DNA of 64,000 nucleotides, from the NCBI GenBank assembly GCA_002633005.1, contig NMRA01000296.1, positions 350,399-414,398 of the forward strand. The letters are read 5' to 3'. A program made the position numbers and the translations under genes. This DNA is from Phoronis australis (taxonomy: Eukaryota; Animalia; Phoronida). Within the stretch, counting starts at the first letter, position 1; every line of letters begins with the position of its first letter. Shown here one piece after another: positions 23,301 through 33,671 of the stretch. Below the pieces are notes generated by a model. That model searched no databases. It saw only the letters and a program-made list of their open reading frames with translations, and was not told the origin of the DNA.

Positions 23301-26284
23301 TGAAATTGCCCTTTGAGAATATCATGCACTTTACTTGTAGGGCAAACAAAGTAGTGAATACAAACCCACAAATAAGCACTTCTGAAACTACAACTGAATA
23401 AATTGTGTTGATTTATGAAACTGGAATTGCTAGTGACAGGCGTAAAGCTAATGAACGAATGAATACCACACCTCTCCACTTATTTCACACAAAAATAATT
23501 TGCCAAAATTGTTGTTTTTCCAATTTTCAAAGGCTGATTACATAAGTGGAAATTATGGAAATTTCACTGAAAGTAATTTTATGACATCTACACAGCGCAA
23601 ACCATCCTAGCAATAAGATAAAATGTTCTTAATCTTTAATACGTTAGTGGAGAAATTTGTCAAAATAAAATTTCACTTGTCAGCCACATTGTGCATTAAA
23701 CAATTAAAGAATAACTGTACAGTCATTTTCAACATATACTGGACAGACTTTGACAGAAATCAAATTCCATTTGGTAACATTCTGGCGACCAATTACTGCG
23801 CTATGAGACAGATTAAATTTTATTGCAATAAAATACCACTGAAGTCGGAAGTATTTAGGTGTTGTTATGTCTAGCCGCTAATTTTTTTAGTCGGAATGAA
23901 AAAATAGAGATAATTCCAGTAAAAAGCAAGACGCAAAAGCATTTTTCAAAATTTATCTAGCAGATTCGGGTCATGACAATAAAAGTGACGATTTAACCGC
24001 ACTTCAGTGCAACAAAACTTTGACAAATTTAGTGTTTGCCAGTTTAGTTGAAATCTACAGTAACTACCGCACTACTAAATTTCTCAATTATCAACATACC
24101 CTTGTAAAGTAAATGTGCCACGAACACTTTCCTGCCAACCTCCACAAAGCATGGCAGAGAAATAATCACTTCTAGCAGCAAGAATGCTTCTGAAAGGACA
24201 GTAGACACATCATAAATGGAAAATAAGACTCTAAGAAAACTTGACATAGTTTGAGTTCATTGGGCCGATTATCACAGACTGTATGTGACGCTGGACAAAA
24301 GACAGGTGGAAATACTTAACAGATTGACAACTGAATTTTAATATTCGTTTAATGGGAGATGTTGTGGATATAATTTCAACACTTTGGATTCATCCACCAG
24401 GGGCCTCTGTTTCCCAAAAAAGATGTAAGAAATAATTAAGAAACAAATTTGGTGTTACGCTCCACACAACTATTTCTAAACAATGATTGAATCTCGCTTG
24501 AGCGAAAGAACAAAGTCTCCGAACAAATACACACAACTATAAGCTACTGTGAGGTGGGAGCGTCAGACCAAATTTCTATTTTATTGAAGTCACTTTCATG
24601 AAACAGACCCTTATCTTCAATTAAAGAATGCTGACCAGATGTTCACATATTCAGTCACATGCAGTCAACCCATGATACCGTCGCAATAAAATGTTCAGTC
24701 GTAGATAAAATTATCAATACTTCGCCACTTCATTGACCTGAAAATTCATTCATAAATTTGAAAGGTTGCAAAAATAAAACACATTGAAAACTAAGACAAT
24801 TTTGGTACGGAATCTAAAAATTATGTTAAATATGAATTTCTCAAACGTGGCCAAATCCGAATGTTTTTGGCAGCAGTTGGCTTCTGATTAGTATATCAGA
24901 TTTAAAGTACAAAAATTACAGCCTCATAAAATAATCAATCTTATTCAGGTAATTTAGTCAGTACAAGTCAAAAGTAATCACACATATAACACAAAATTCC
25001 CCCATCATGACGACTTGGCAAAACCGTGATTCTCCATCACAGCAGCTATCTGTGACAACTGTGAATGACGGAAATTTTACTGCAAATGCAACAAGGTTGA
25101 AAGGCCATTCTCAAATTAGAATATGGCACCTTGACAAGTCCCTGCCAGACACAATCACTGAGACCAGAATTTCTTGTCATCATCCAAGAAACAGCTGCAA
25201 TTGTGTTGGTATGTACTGTTCAGTGTACACCATACTTGCCTATGGACTAGAAAGCTTCTATCACCAACAGATATTGTTAAATCTGTTTCTATGCTGCACT
25301 GATAAAGGGAGAGAAGATCTGAACCCAAGTCCGAAACAGCTTGGCTAGAAAAATCGGTATTGGCACTTTTTGTGTTTACAGCTTTCATTGGAGTCCCATG
25401 GTCGTCGTTGACTACATCGACAGAGGCCCTTATCATTCCCGTAGGACAACATTCATTGTCAGCATTGTTGCAGTGGGTCGAAATAACAGTGACTAGTTTG
25501 GAGTTGACAGCTAGATCTGAGGCATCTAATCTGGAATGAAAGTTTCCGTTAGTAAGTAGATGTTTTGAGATCAACTAAAATCATTGCAAAGTAATGTAAA
25601 AGACATACAACACTAAGAATACTGCACATTAAGAAAGCCAACATTAACTTGTGATTGATCAGGTCATGATTATTAGACAAAAAATACCAGAAATCTCTAC
25701 AGTGTAAAACCGCAAATTTTCACAATATGGTGGAGGATTTTTTTTCCTCGTTTTGTTCATAATACACCAAAAGGCAGGCACTTGAATTTGGATAGGGCAA
25801 ACACTTGTGGAAGACGAGTACAATTTCCTTCTAAGCTGTGATAAATATTTTGAACTGAAAGAAAATTATATTGAGGTGTAACCATCTTTTTTCAAGTTCA
25901 ATAGATTAATGTCAACAAGTGATGATGCTAAATTAGTTAATCTATGTAAATATGTATTTTATGCTTTTCATCTCCGTGATAGCTTGCTGCACTCTTATAA
26001 GTATATTGTTACCATACATTGGGTTCAAAAGATGATTTTAAAGCTGAAATTGATGTTCAAATTTCATTCATTTTTACTACTGTCTCTTTGTTAAAATAAC
26101 TAACATGAACATTGCATCCTAAGTACTTGAAGGCATCATGAAACAAAACTTCTTAAAATTTGAAGCACACTATGATTAATTCAAGTACAAACCTGCAGAT
26201 GGCTTCGTACAACTGTCGAGCCAGTTTCGTGCGTAACTTGTCTTCCTCTCTAGCAACACGTTCCAACATGGACTTGGAGTCCAT
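14371..26284 (-). CDS. BTBD8: BTB/POZ domain-containing protein 8-like (BTB + BACK-like helical region), about 573 aa
   Basis: Coding exons 26284-26193, 25530-25240 (GC donor), 24189-24100, 23148-22968, 19803-19609, 19252-19070, 18728-18585, 17067-16870 and 14718-14371 total 1722 nt in frame. Motifs [63 protein letters not shown] and WVVKNFTRIW..RFAKLP match my recollection of vertebrate BTBD8. Confidence 0.85.
15206..16329 (-). mobile_element. DINE-1/pearl/HINE-like non-autonomous Helentron element with CTCF-like motif array
   Basis: One terminus is aacaagagcaacgtggagcat with a small hairpin. Inside are about 150-bp repeats each containing CCACTAG. The other end has a GACG/GGAC microsatellite remnant and a terminal palindrome before an A-run. 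No TSD. Confidence 0.8.
17530..17720 (-). pseudogene. Decayed THAP-domain fragment, probably from a DNA transposon
   Basis: Minus-strand frames give ...SFPPEQNKW... and HKLCSSACGKPACSLANPEWIPTV*, resembling the THAP FP..W / LCS.HF..GKP...PDWVPT pattern; contains stops and a frameshift. Confidence 0.4.
18205..18285 (+). mobile_element. tRNA-derived SINE head (degenerate)
   Basis: Box A-like tggctcagtgaa and box B-like ggtttgagtcg at tRNA-like spacing; no complete cloverleaf. Confidence 0.4.
20475..22025. mobile_element. Harbinger-like MITE interrupted by a HINE insertion
   Basis: TIRs gggtcggtttcatgaaaagtgat / atcactttcatgaaacagacct with cag on both sides (20472-20474, 22026-22028). Confidence 0.65.
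20513..21789 (-). mobile_element. DINE-1/pearl/HINE-like element with CTCF-like motif array
   Basis: aacaagagcaacgtggagcat terminus; subterminal IR atgtgcccac/gtgggcgcat; ~450-bp higher-order repeat of three ~150-bp subunits; (CGGA)n microsatellite; terminal hairpin atgcgtccacatataaatatgtgggcgcat. Confidence 0.85.
24401..24611. mobile_element. Short Harbinger-like MITE copy
   Basis: The 3' end gtcagaccaaatttcta...cactttcatgaaacagaccc is homologous to the ends at 4427-4477 and 21970-22025; degenerate 5' TIR ggggcctctgtttc. Confidence 0.45.
25755..25990 (+). mobile_element. Decayed 3' end of a non-LTR retrotransposon ORF2
   Basis: Translates to HNTPKGRHL ... VEDEYNFLLSCDKYFELKENYI, matching the C-terminal EDExHFLLxC zinc-knuckle region of LINE RTs. 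Confidence 0.55.
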
Positions 26285-26736
26285 TATAAGGCTGAAGTCT
26301 AGAACAGCAAACACCGACCGCCATTCAAAATAAATTCAACAAGAGTTTAAGAAAATTAATTGGCTAATTCCAAAAGCTCTGGAAGCTAGACAGGAAAATG
26401 TGAGTTAACAACCAAACCAGAGTATAGATGATACGTTTTGATGCCGTAAGCTATGATGGAATACTGACAAAAGCTTGCTTCTTGTAATGGAGGTACGTAT
26501 GTAACAAAAGTGTTTTATAGAATACGTTACAGAGACTACGTCTGTTACAAAAACAATGAGTATGCATAACCATTTCAATGAATTTGAGGCTAGTTATGAC
26601 TCTGACAAAGTCATAGAGACTGATGAATGTCAGTGAACTACATGCAGTAGGCCTTTGAAGGGCTTCTCACTAGCATAAGAGAACAAAATATATTCCGATT
26701 GGCTGTAAGACTACATTCCCATTGGTTGAATGTTGG

Positions 26737-26807
26737 GAAATGCACCAGAATGCCACTCCATCTATTGAGAAATGCACCAGAATGCCACTCCATCTATTGA
26801 GAAATGC
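26737..26807. repeat. 32-bp tandem duplication (2.2 copies)
   Basis: gaaatgcaccagaatgccactccatctattga repeated directly. Confidence 0.9.
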
Positions 26808-27519
26808 GTTTGCCACATCCAGCTGCTGCAACAACTAACCAAATTCATGTGTTCTACACAAGTTCTTGTTCTGTGACTCGTACAAGACAACAACTATTTC
26901 CTGTACTTTCTTGGCTCATTCCTGGGCCGTTTGTTCACGACATGTCAAAGCAGAACACCATTACTCAGTCTCAGTCTTCAAGTGGTGGTATTGTGAAAGA
27001 GTGCATTGCATTTGGTTTCTAATATATCTTATTTTGTCATAATATCACAGCACCTTAGATTATGGAACAGTAAAATTTTATTTTACCAAAATTTTCAACA
27101 GGAATAAGAAGAGAATTTTACTTGACTATTTGAAATAGTCATCAACAAACAAAAGAGGAAATTTTGAACATTTTTGATAATACAGAGTTAGAAAATCAAA
27201 ACATGACAATTTTAGATGATGTATTTGTTCCAAACTCAGCCATAATGTTTTCTAAGCCATAAATGCTCACTTAAAAAATTTCGACAGATCTTGTCAGCAG
27301 CTCAATTGAATCTAGCGATTTTGATCAATGTGAAACGTAATAGCTGGTATACGGCTACTTAAGTAAAACCACAAACCTTTCTCACGTAATCAGTCAGTCA
27401 TTCTTCAGACTTCGCTACTGTCTCATCTCCAGTTGCCCTTTCACACTTAGTATGCTACAAGTATTAAACAACTCATGACACTGAAACACTGCAATAGTAA
27501 CGTACAAATTTCATAGACT

Positions 27520-28178
27520 TTAAAGCTGCATTTTACACTGTTTAGCTGGCTAAAAATGAAAATCGAATAACAAAATGCCTTTCTCATAATATCCCTTATC
27601 ATGATAGGATTCCATACTTGTTACCAAAAAAAAAGAAAAAAGAATATCAAAGCCATCAGTAGCCCAAGAAAGCCTTTCAGAGTTAATTGGGGTTGGATAA
27701 CCCTAAAATTGTGAATTCGAAAATGCGACTTGGGTTGGTAACAGAAATGGAATCCTATAACGGCAAAAATATAAGACTGATTTTATAAATATATGAGGCC
27801 TACAGTAATTCAATTTTTGCTTTTTAGCCAGATAAACAGCAAAAAGCACTATTGCTGTTTTGATCGTATAAAACAACTAAAAAGCAGATATAAACTTTAC
27901 TTCCGTGACAAAAACAAAATCTTGATTTAGACAAATTACGCTTGTGAAATTGGTTTCAATGTTCCTCAGTCAAAATAGGCGTGACTTAAGAGTTTGAAAA
28001 GGAATGACATATGGTCATTGTTAGATAACAGACACTACAAGTTGACTATTAGTTCTCTGAAAGGCCACAAATCACTTTGTATCTGAGTAAGGAAAAAGTT
28101 GAGACGAATACGCTCAGTAAATCAGCGAGTCTAAATCCAATGTTTCTTCAAAATGGTGCAGGTTAATTGCTGCTTTAA
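27520..28178. mobile_element. Kolobok-like MITE with nested internal inverted repeats
   Basis: Ends ttaa|agctgca ... tgctgct|ttaa; internal IRs ataggattccat..gttaccaa / ttggtaac..atggaatcctat and tggctaaaaa / tttttagcca; related sequence at about 39890-40030. Confidence 0.5.
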
Positions 28179-29980
28179 GTTTGAGCACCAAAGCATTCTT
28201 TGTTATTCATATTCATTGTATTTAGTAATTTACAATATCAAATAATAAAGAGATTCTACCAATTTAGTTAGCGTGACAGATTGGAATTTTGGATAGCAAA
28301 TGAGAACAGATTCTTCAATTTGGGAAAAAACAATTGCTAAAATTGCGATTATTTCTAGTTTACAGAAGCTGGTCATATTGTAGCAAATGTTCAAAATTTT
28401 ACCTTGAAAGTTGTTTGTTAATCGCTATGCCATACAAACAATGATACAAGCAGACAATTTTCTTGAAAAGTTATTTTTCTTGAGAAATTTTACAAAATGA
28501 AATTTCATCTGTCCGCCACACTGCATCCTAACACAAGATTTTTATCGTAAGCAAGACTTTGTTCATTGGGTCATGTGATGTAGCCAATATGTGGTGTGCA
28601 GACCAGACTGAAAAATGTTTGTGAAGTAAAACTTTTATTTTACATCAGCATAGAAATTATAACAATCATAACACAGGTGCTAGTTACCATTATAAATTAT
28701 GAAAATGTACAACTAAATGCTATTACAAGACTGAAAGATCAAGAATGACAATAACAAATACAAGTGTCAGAGGAGGACATGACCAAAACAGAATTTTACA
28801 TTCCATAAGATCTTGACAATCACGGATGATATTTTGCATCTACATATGATGTGACATCAAGGCTTTGAAAACTACTTTGTCTTTACAACATCTTTGGAAA
28901 TTTTCAAGCTATTTTGCACAAAAATAATTGCCAAAATTGTCCCTTTTCAAATTTTCAGAGGCTGATGTCCGTGCAGCAAATAATAAATACTTTACCAAAT
29001 TTTTTTTATCACATCAACACAGTACAAACAAACAAACAACTGAGTAAAATTTTTGCAATTATTATTTTTGTTGAGAAAATTGACAAAATGGAATTTCACT
29101 TTTCTGACATATGTGGTAAATAGGCAAAGAATTACCATAATTTTCTCAAGTAAGGTGTTCCATTGAGGGACACACTTTGTCTGGTAATGGAATTTGTCTC
29201 ATACCACTCTGACTGGAACCTGGTGACAGTGCGGTATACAGATTCCCTAAGGCTAAGGCAGAGTTTCACTGGATTAAGAGGAGTGAAGGCTGAAGCTTCG
29301 TCACCGTGACAAAGTTGGTCATTATGGCAATTGATTCTGAAAGGTCTATGTGAAACCAGTTCACAGGAACCAGATCACATTCTGAACTTCTTAGCTGACA
29401 CCTTTGACCTTTTTAGCAATGTCAGATTAATGAGTCATGTGTATAAAAACAGATATGACACCCCGGCCCAACAAATCAGTATCAATATTAATTGGAAGGA
29501 AAAAACAAAACAGGTGAATAGCCAACAAATAGTGTTTAAATTGGACTTTACAAAGCAGAAAGGGTGAACCAGCTGACAGATTAATACCTTGGCTTTTTAA
29601 CATCCGAACAAGGGGACACAGCCAGGATCAGTCTGATGGGATAATTCTCTGAAAAGCTTCTGGCCTATGAAGTTCCTATAGGAGCTTCACGGTCTCTACT
29701 GGGCCATCTAGAGACGGTGATCACTGTCTATGCATGTCGCTCAGTCTCAGTGCTGAATGTAGACAGACCACCGTCTCTAGCTGGCTAGTCGGGAGGTGGT
29801 CACTGTCTATTGTTACAGGCTCCCCATTCAGCCTCGACCTTGACCTTGTAATATTGAAATTTTACTGAACCTTCTTTCCTTTCTTTTTGACCTTTGCCGG
29901 TAATTCAGTGCCTGTCTACTCCCTACAGTCGCAGCTACAAGCACTGGGTAACTCCACTATGGTTACGGTAGCATACTCAC

Positions 29981-30110
29981 CCTCAATGTCACACAAATAG
30001 ACAATCGCTTGCCCAGCTTCTGTCTTCTCTCCCGGCTCACTTGTCAATCAAAACCGACGATTTTCAACAGTTGGCGACACGAGCGGTCTCTGGCGGTAAT
30101 ACGTGAAACC
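29981..30110 (-). promoter_or_regulatory. Putative non-coding first exon/promoter of the BTBD8-like gene
   Basis: GTGAGT donor at 29980-29975, a locally CpG-rich segment without an ATG, and a TGATTGACAA motif; the downstream ATG exon has its own acceptor at 26300. Confidence 0.5.
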
Positions 30111-30369
30111 TGATACCGTTAACGTCTCCGGTGATTAGTAAGTAAGTAAAATATGTTAAACTTTATTTTACATCGGTATAAAAGAGGTTAATAGCAAAAC
30201 AGTAGCACAGTGCTAGTGACCAATATAAAATGAGGTAGAAGGGTCATGTACAGAAAGTATACAAACATACATGACTTATCAAGCATCAAAAGACAGTATT
30301 TGACAGCGTAGGCAATGAGTTGGCATTCACAAGCTTGGCGTACATGGCGACTTAACTCATTAATAAAGG

Positions 30370-30542
30370 GATATGAATAAAATAGCACAAGTTGTTGATT
30401 TTATTTAAATCCATCTATTCGGCAGTCTGATAAAGAGCGCGTCGCTCGAAACGTGGACTCGTCGTTTTATTTTTACTATTTTTACTATTTTATATTCTTA
30501 TCCATCGGTATTGCACTGCATTGCAGCATCTATTTGCTTTAT
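30370..30542 (+). mobile_element. Short Penelope-pLTR/retrozyme-like insertion with a degenerate minimal hammerhead motif
   Basis: 13-bp direct repeat tcattaataaagg (30357-30369, 30543-30555); internal agt-ctgataa-a-gagcg-cgt-cgctc-gaaacgt-ggact. Confidence 0.55.
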
Positions 30543-31233
30543 TCATTAATAAAGGTATTGAGATCTTGGCAATATCTTATTCATTCAGATAACTTGTTCC
30601 ATAAAGATACTCTTTGGTGGTGAATAGAATTGAGCCCATACTTGATGTCGTGGCTAACCTTGCACTGCACACAGAATGTGTGAAACATGGCCGCCCTTTT
30701 GAACCACATGGTGTCCAAAATTCCTCACTTTGGCAAATAAAAATGTTAGAAAATAGGGAATAAATTTATAAAAACATCTTTGTAATTTGATTAGAATTGC
30801 AATGAGTTTGGTAGTGTTTTACTAAAATCACAGCGCTCTTCAAACTCACGTCAATTACTCAAACACACACTCTAAAGGCTATAATTGAATCCCGGCGCCT
30901 TCTGTGAAGGCAACTGAAAACAGCTTTTGATTTAAATCATGCAGTTATGATATTTGTCTCGAATTAATATTTAGTCACACTGCAGGTGATTCCATAGCTT
31001 TGAAAGCACTGACAGTTGTTATTGCCTCTTGCCTTTAGATCAGGCGCTGCAAGTTGTGCCCGCGTCACTTGTCAGTGTCATTTTATGTGCCGAGCATTGT
31101 CTCGAGAAATAACGAGCTGTTATTTCGTTGCAAGCCCACAACAAATAACTTCTCGTCTTCTAAGTAAAGAATTGCAGATTTAGAGACCAATTTTACAGCG
31201 ATGAGTGGTCTAGCTCGCTAATTAGCCGGTTTG

Positions 31234-33671
31234 ATACTTGGTAGTCGCTTTAAACATGGCAATGAAATTGTTACGCCCTAGTAAATCCCGGTTTGAGCGC
31301 ACGCGCTCAACTGAGCTCACAGTGGGAATTTTGCACATACCTCGGCTACTACTTCCTCCGTCGGAATCAATATAGGATACACCGACGACAAGTAGTCTGA
31401 AAATACAGTGCAGACACGTGTTTTGTTTTCACTGCCTTGAATTCCTTGCCTACAATGTGCTAATAATGGTCACATGTTTTACTTGTCCGATTTTTCTCCT
31501 AGTAAAATGGCCACTTGATAGCTCCAAAGCCGCATTTGGACCCTGATTAGCTGTCAATCATGTTGAACCGAAGCGATTCATCGCGTTCACGGGATCTTGA
31601 ATTATTACAGAAAGATGAACGTGCAACTCCCAAAAGGACATTTCAGTCAGATCGACAACTTCATTTTTGGCAATGAACATTATAATCTGAAACGTTTTCG
31701 TCAGTCAATGATGATTTAGATGTAGTTAATGGTAATGGAAATATAATCCTACCACAGTAAGGGATGTTATGAAGCAGACTTTTGTTCAGGTAAAAGTATT
31801 AACTCAAATTTCGTTTTTAGGCAACTAAACCGTCACAGAGGGCACAATGCAGCAGTCCCCAAAGATTTAGGTTAAATTTCGCCAGAGAAGGCTTTCTGCA
31901 TTTGCACTTCGGGTTGTCTACTTTTTTGAGTTTTCGTTTCTCCGAGGCGGACGTTTGCCCACTTCGTCAAAATTATGGGGAGGGGGGAGGGATGCGCGCA
32001 TAGTATATAAAATTCATTTAAATAAATCACCCATCTTTTTGTAGGGATTAAAATTCGATAAAAATTTCGAGTCTGGAAGTGCTTCACTAGGCCAGCATTT
32101 TTTGGAATTAATTAATTTTTGTTCTCAAAGACTAAGTCAGGGACTGGAAAATAAAATTAAAATTATACAGAACTATTTGTTAAGAATTTTACCAGGAACA
32201 GACTGCCTCAAAATACATGCAATCCCGTGTCACTAAATATGCGTCAGTTTGAAACAGATGAAACAACAACTAATAATCGTTACCAAATGACTTGGGTACA
32301 GACATTTTTTTATCTTCTTATACTTGGGCAATGACAAAATCGTTAAAAACGGCCCGCATGCAACTATTCCCGGAAGCCAAATCTATGATGGTGGGGTTAC
32401 CAAATAAGCCGTGTGATTAGTAAACAACCTCGCTACACAAGGAGAAATTTNATACTTGATAGTCACTTTAACATGGCAATGAATTGTCACGCCCTAGTAA
32501 ACCCCGGTTTGAGCGCACGCGCTCAACTGAGCTCACAGTGGGAATTTTTGCACATACCTCGGGTACTACTTCCTCCGTCGGAATCAATAAAGGCTACACC
32601 GACGGTACAAGTAGTCTGAAAATACATTCGTGTGCAGACACGTGTTTTGTTTTCACTGCCTTGAATTCCTTGCCTACAATGTGCTAATAATGGTCACATG
32701 TTTTACTTATCCGATTTTTCTCCTAGTAAAATGGCCACTTGATAGTTTCAAAGCCGCATTTGGACCCTGATTAGCTGTCAATGTTGAACCGAAACGATTC
32801 ATCGCGTTCACGGGATCTTGAATTATTACAGAAAGATGAACGGGCAACTCCCAAAAGGACATTTCAGTCAGATCGACAACTTTATTTTTGGCAATGAATA
32901 TTATAATCTGAAACGTTTTCGTCAGTCAATGATGATTTAGATGTGGTTAATGGTAATGGAAATATAATCCTACCACAGTAAGGGATGTTATGAAGCAGAC
33001 TTTTGTTCAGGTAAAAGTATTAACTCAAATTTCGTTTTTAGTCAACTAAACCGTCACAGAGGGCACAATGCAGCAGTCCCCAAAGATTTAGGTTAAATTT
33101 CGCCAGAGAAGGCTTTCTGCATTTGCACTTCGGGTTGTCTACTTTTTTGAGTTTTCGTTTCTCCGAGGCGGACGTTTGCCCACTTCGTCGAAATTATGGG
33201 GAGGGGGGAGGGATGCGCGCATAGTATATAAAATTCATTTAAATAAATCACCCATCTTTTTGTAGGGATTAAAATTCGATAAAAATTTCGAGTCTGGAAG
33301 TGCTTCACTAGGCCAGCATTTTTTGGAATTAATTAATTTTTGTTCTCAAAGACTAAGTCAGGGACTGGAAAATAAAATTAAAATTATACAGAACTATTTG
33401 TTAAGAATTTTACCAGGAACAGACTGCCTCAAAATACATGCAATCCCGTGTCACTAAATATGCGTCAGTTTGAAACAGATGAAACAACAACTAATAATCG
33501 TTACCAAAGGACTTGGGTACAGACATTTTTTTATCTTCTTATACTTGGACAATGACAAAATCGTTAAAAACGGCCCGCATGCAACTATTCCCGGAAGCCA
33601 AATCTATGATGGTGGGGTTACCAAATAAGCCGTGTGATTAGTAAACAACCTCGCTACACAAGGAGAAATTT
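31234..33671. repeat. 1.2-kb tandem duplication joined by a single N (32451); probable uncollapsed haplotypes
   Basis: Near-identical copies 31234-32450 and 32452-33671 with scattered SNPs and indels. Confidence 0.85.

Noticed and set aside
29668-29689. Palindrome tgaagttcctataggagcttca resembling FRT arms
   Set aside because: It has no 8-bp spacer and there is no recombinase nearby; a short chance palindrome.
31234-33671. Two 1.2-kb direct repeats suggesting LTRs or a duplicated 71-aa gene
   Set aside because: Joined by a single N with no internal region, TG..CA ends or TSD; the ORFs have no coding hallmarks.
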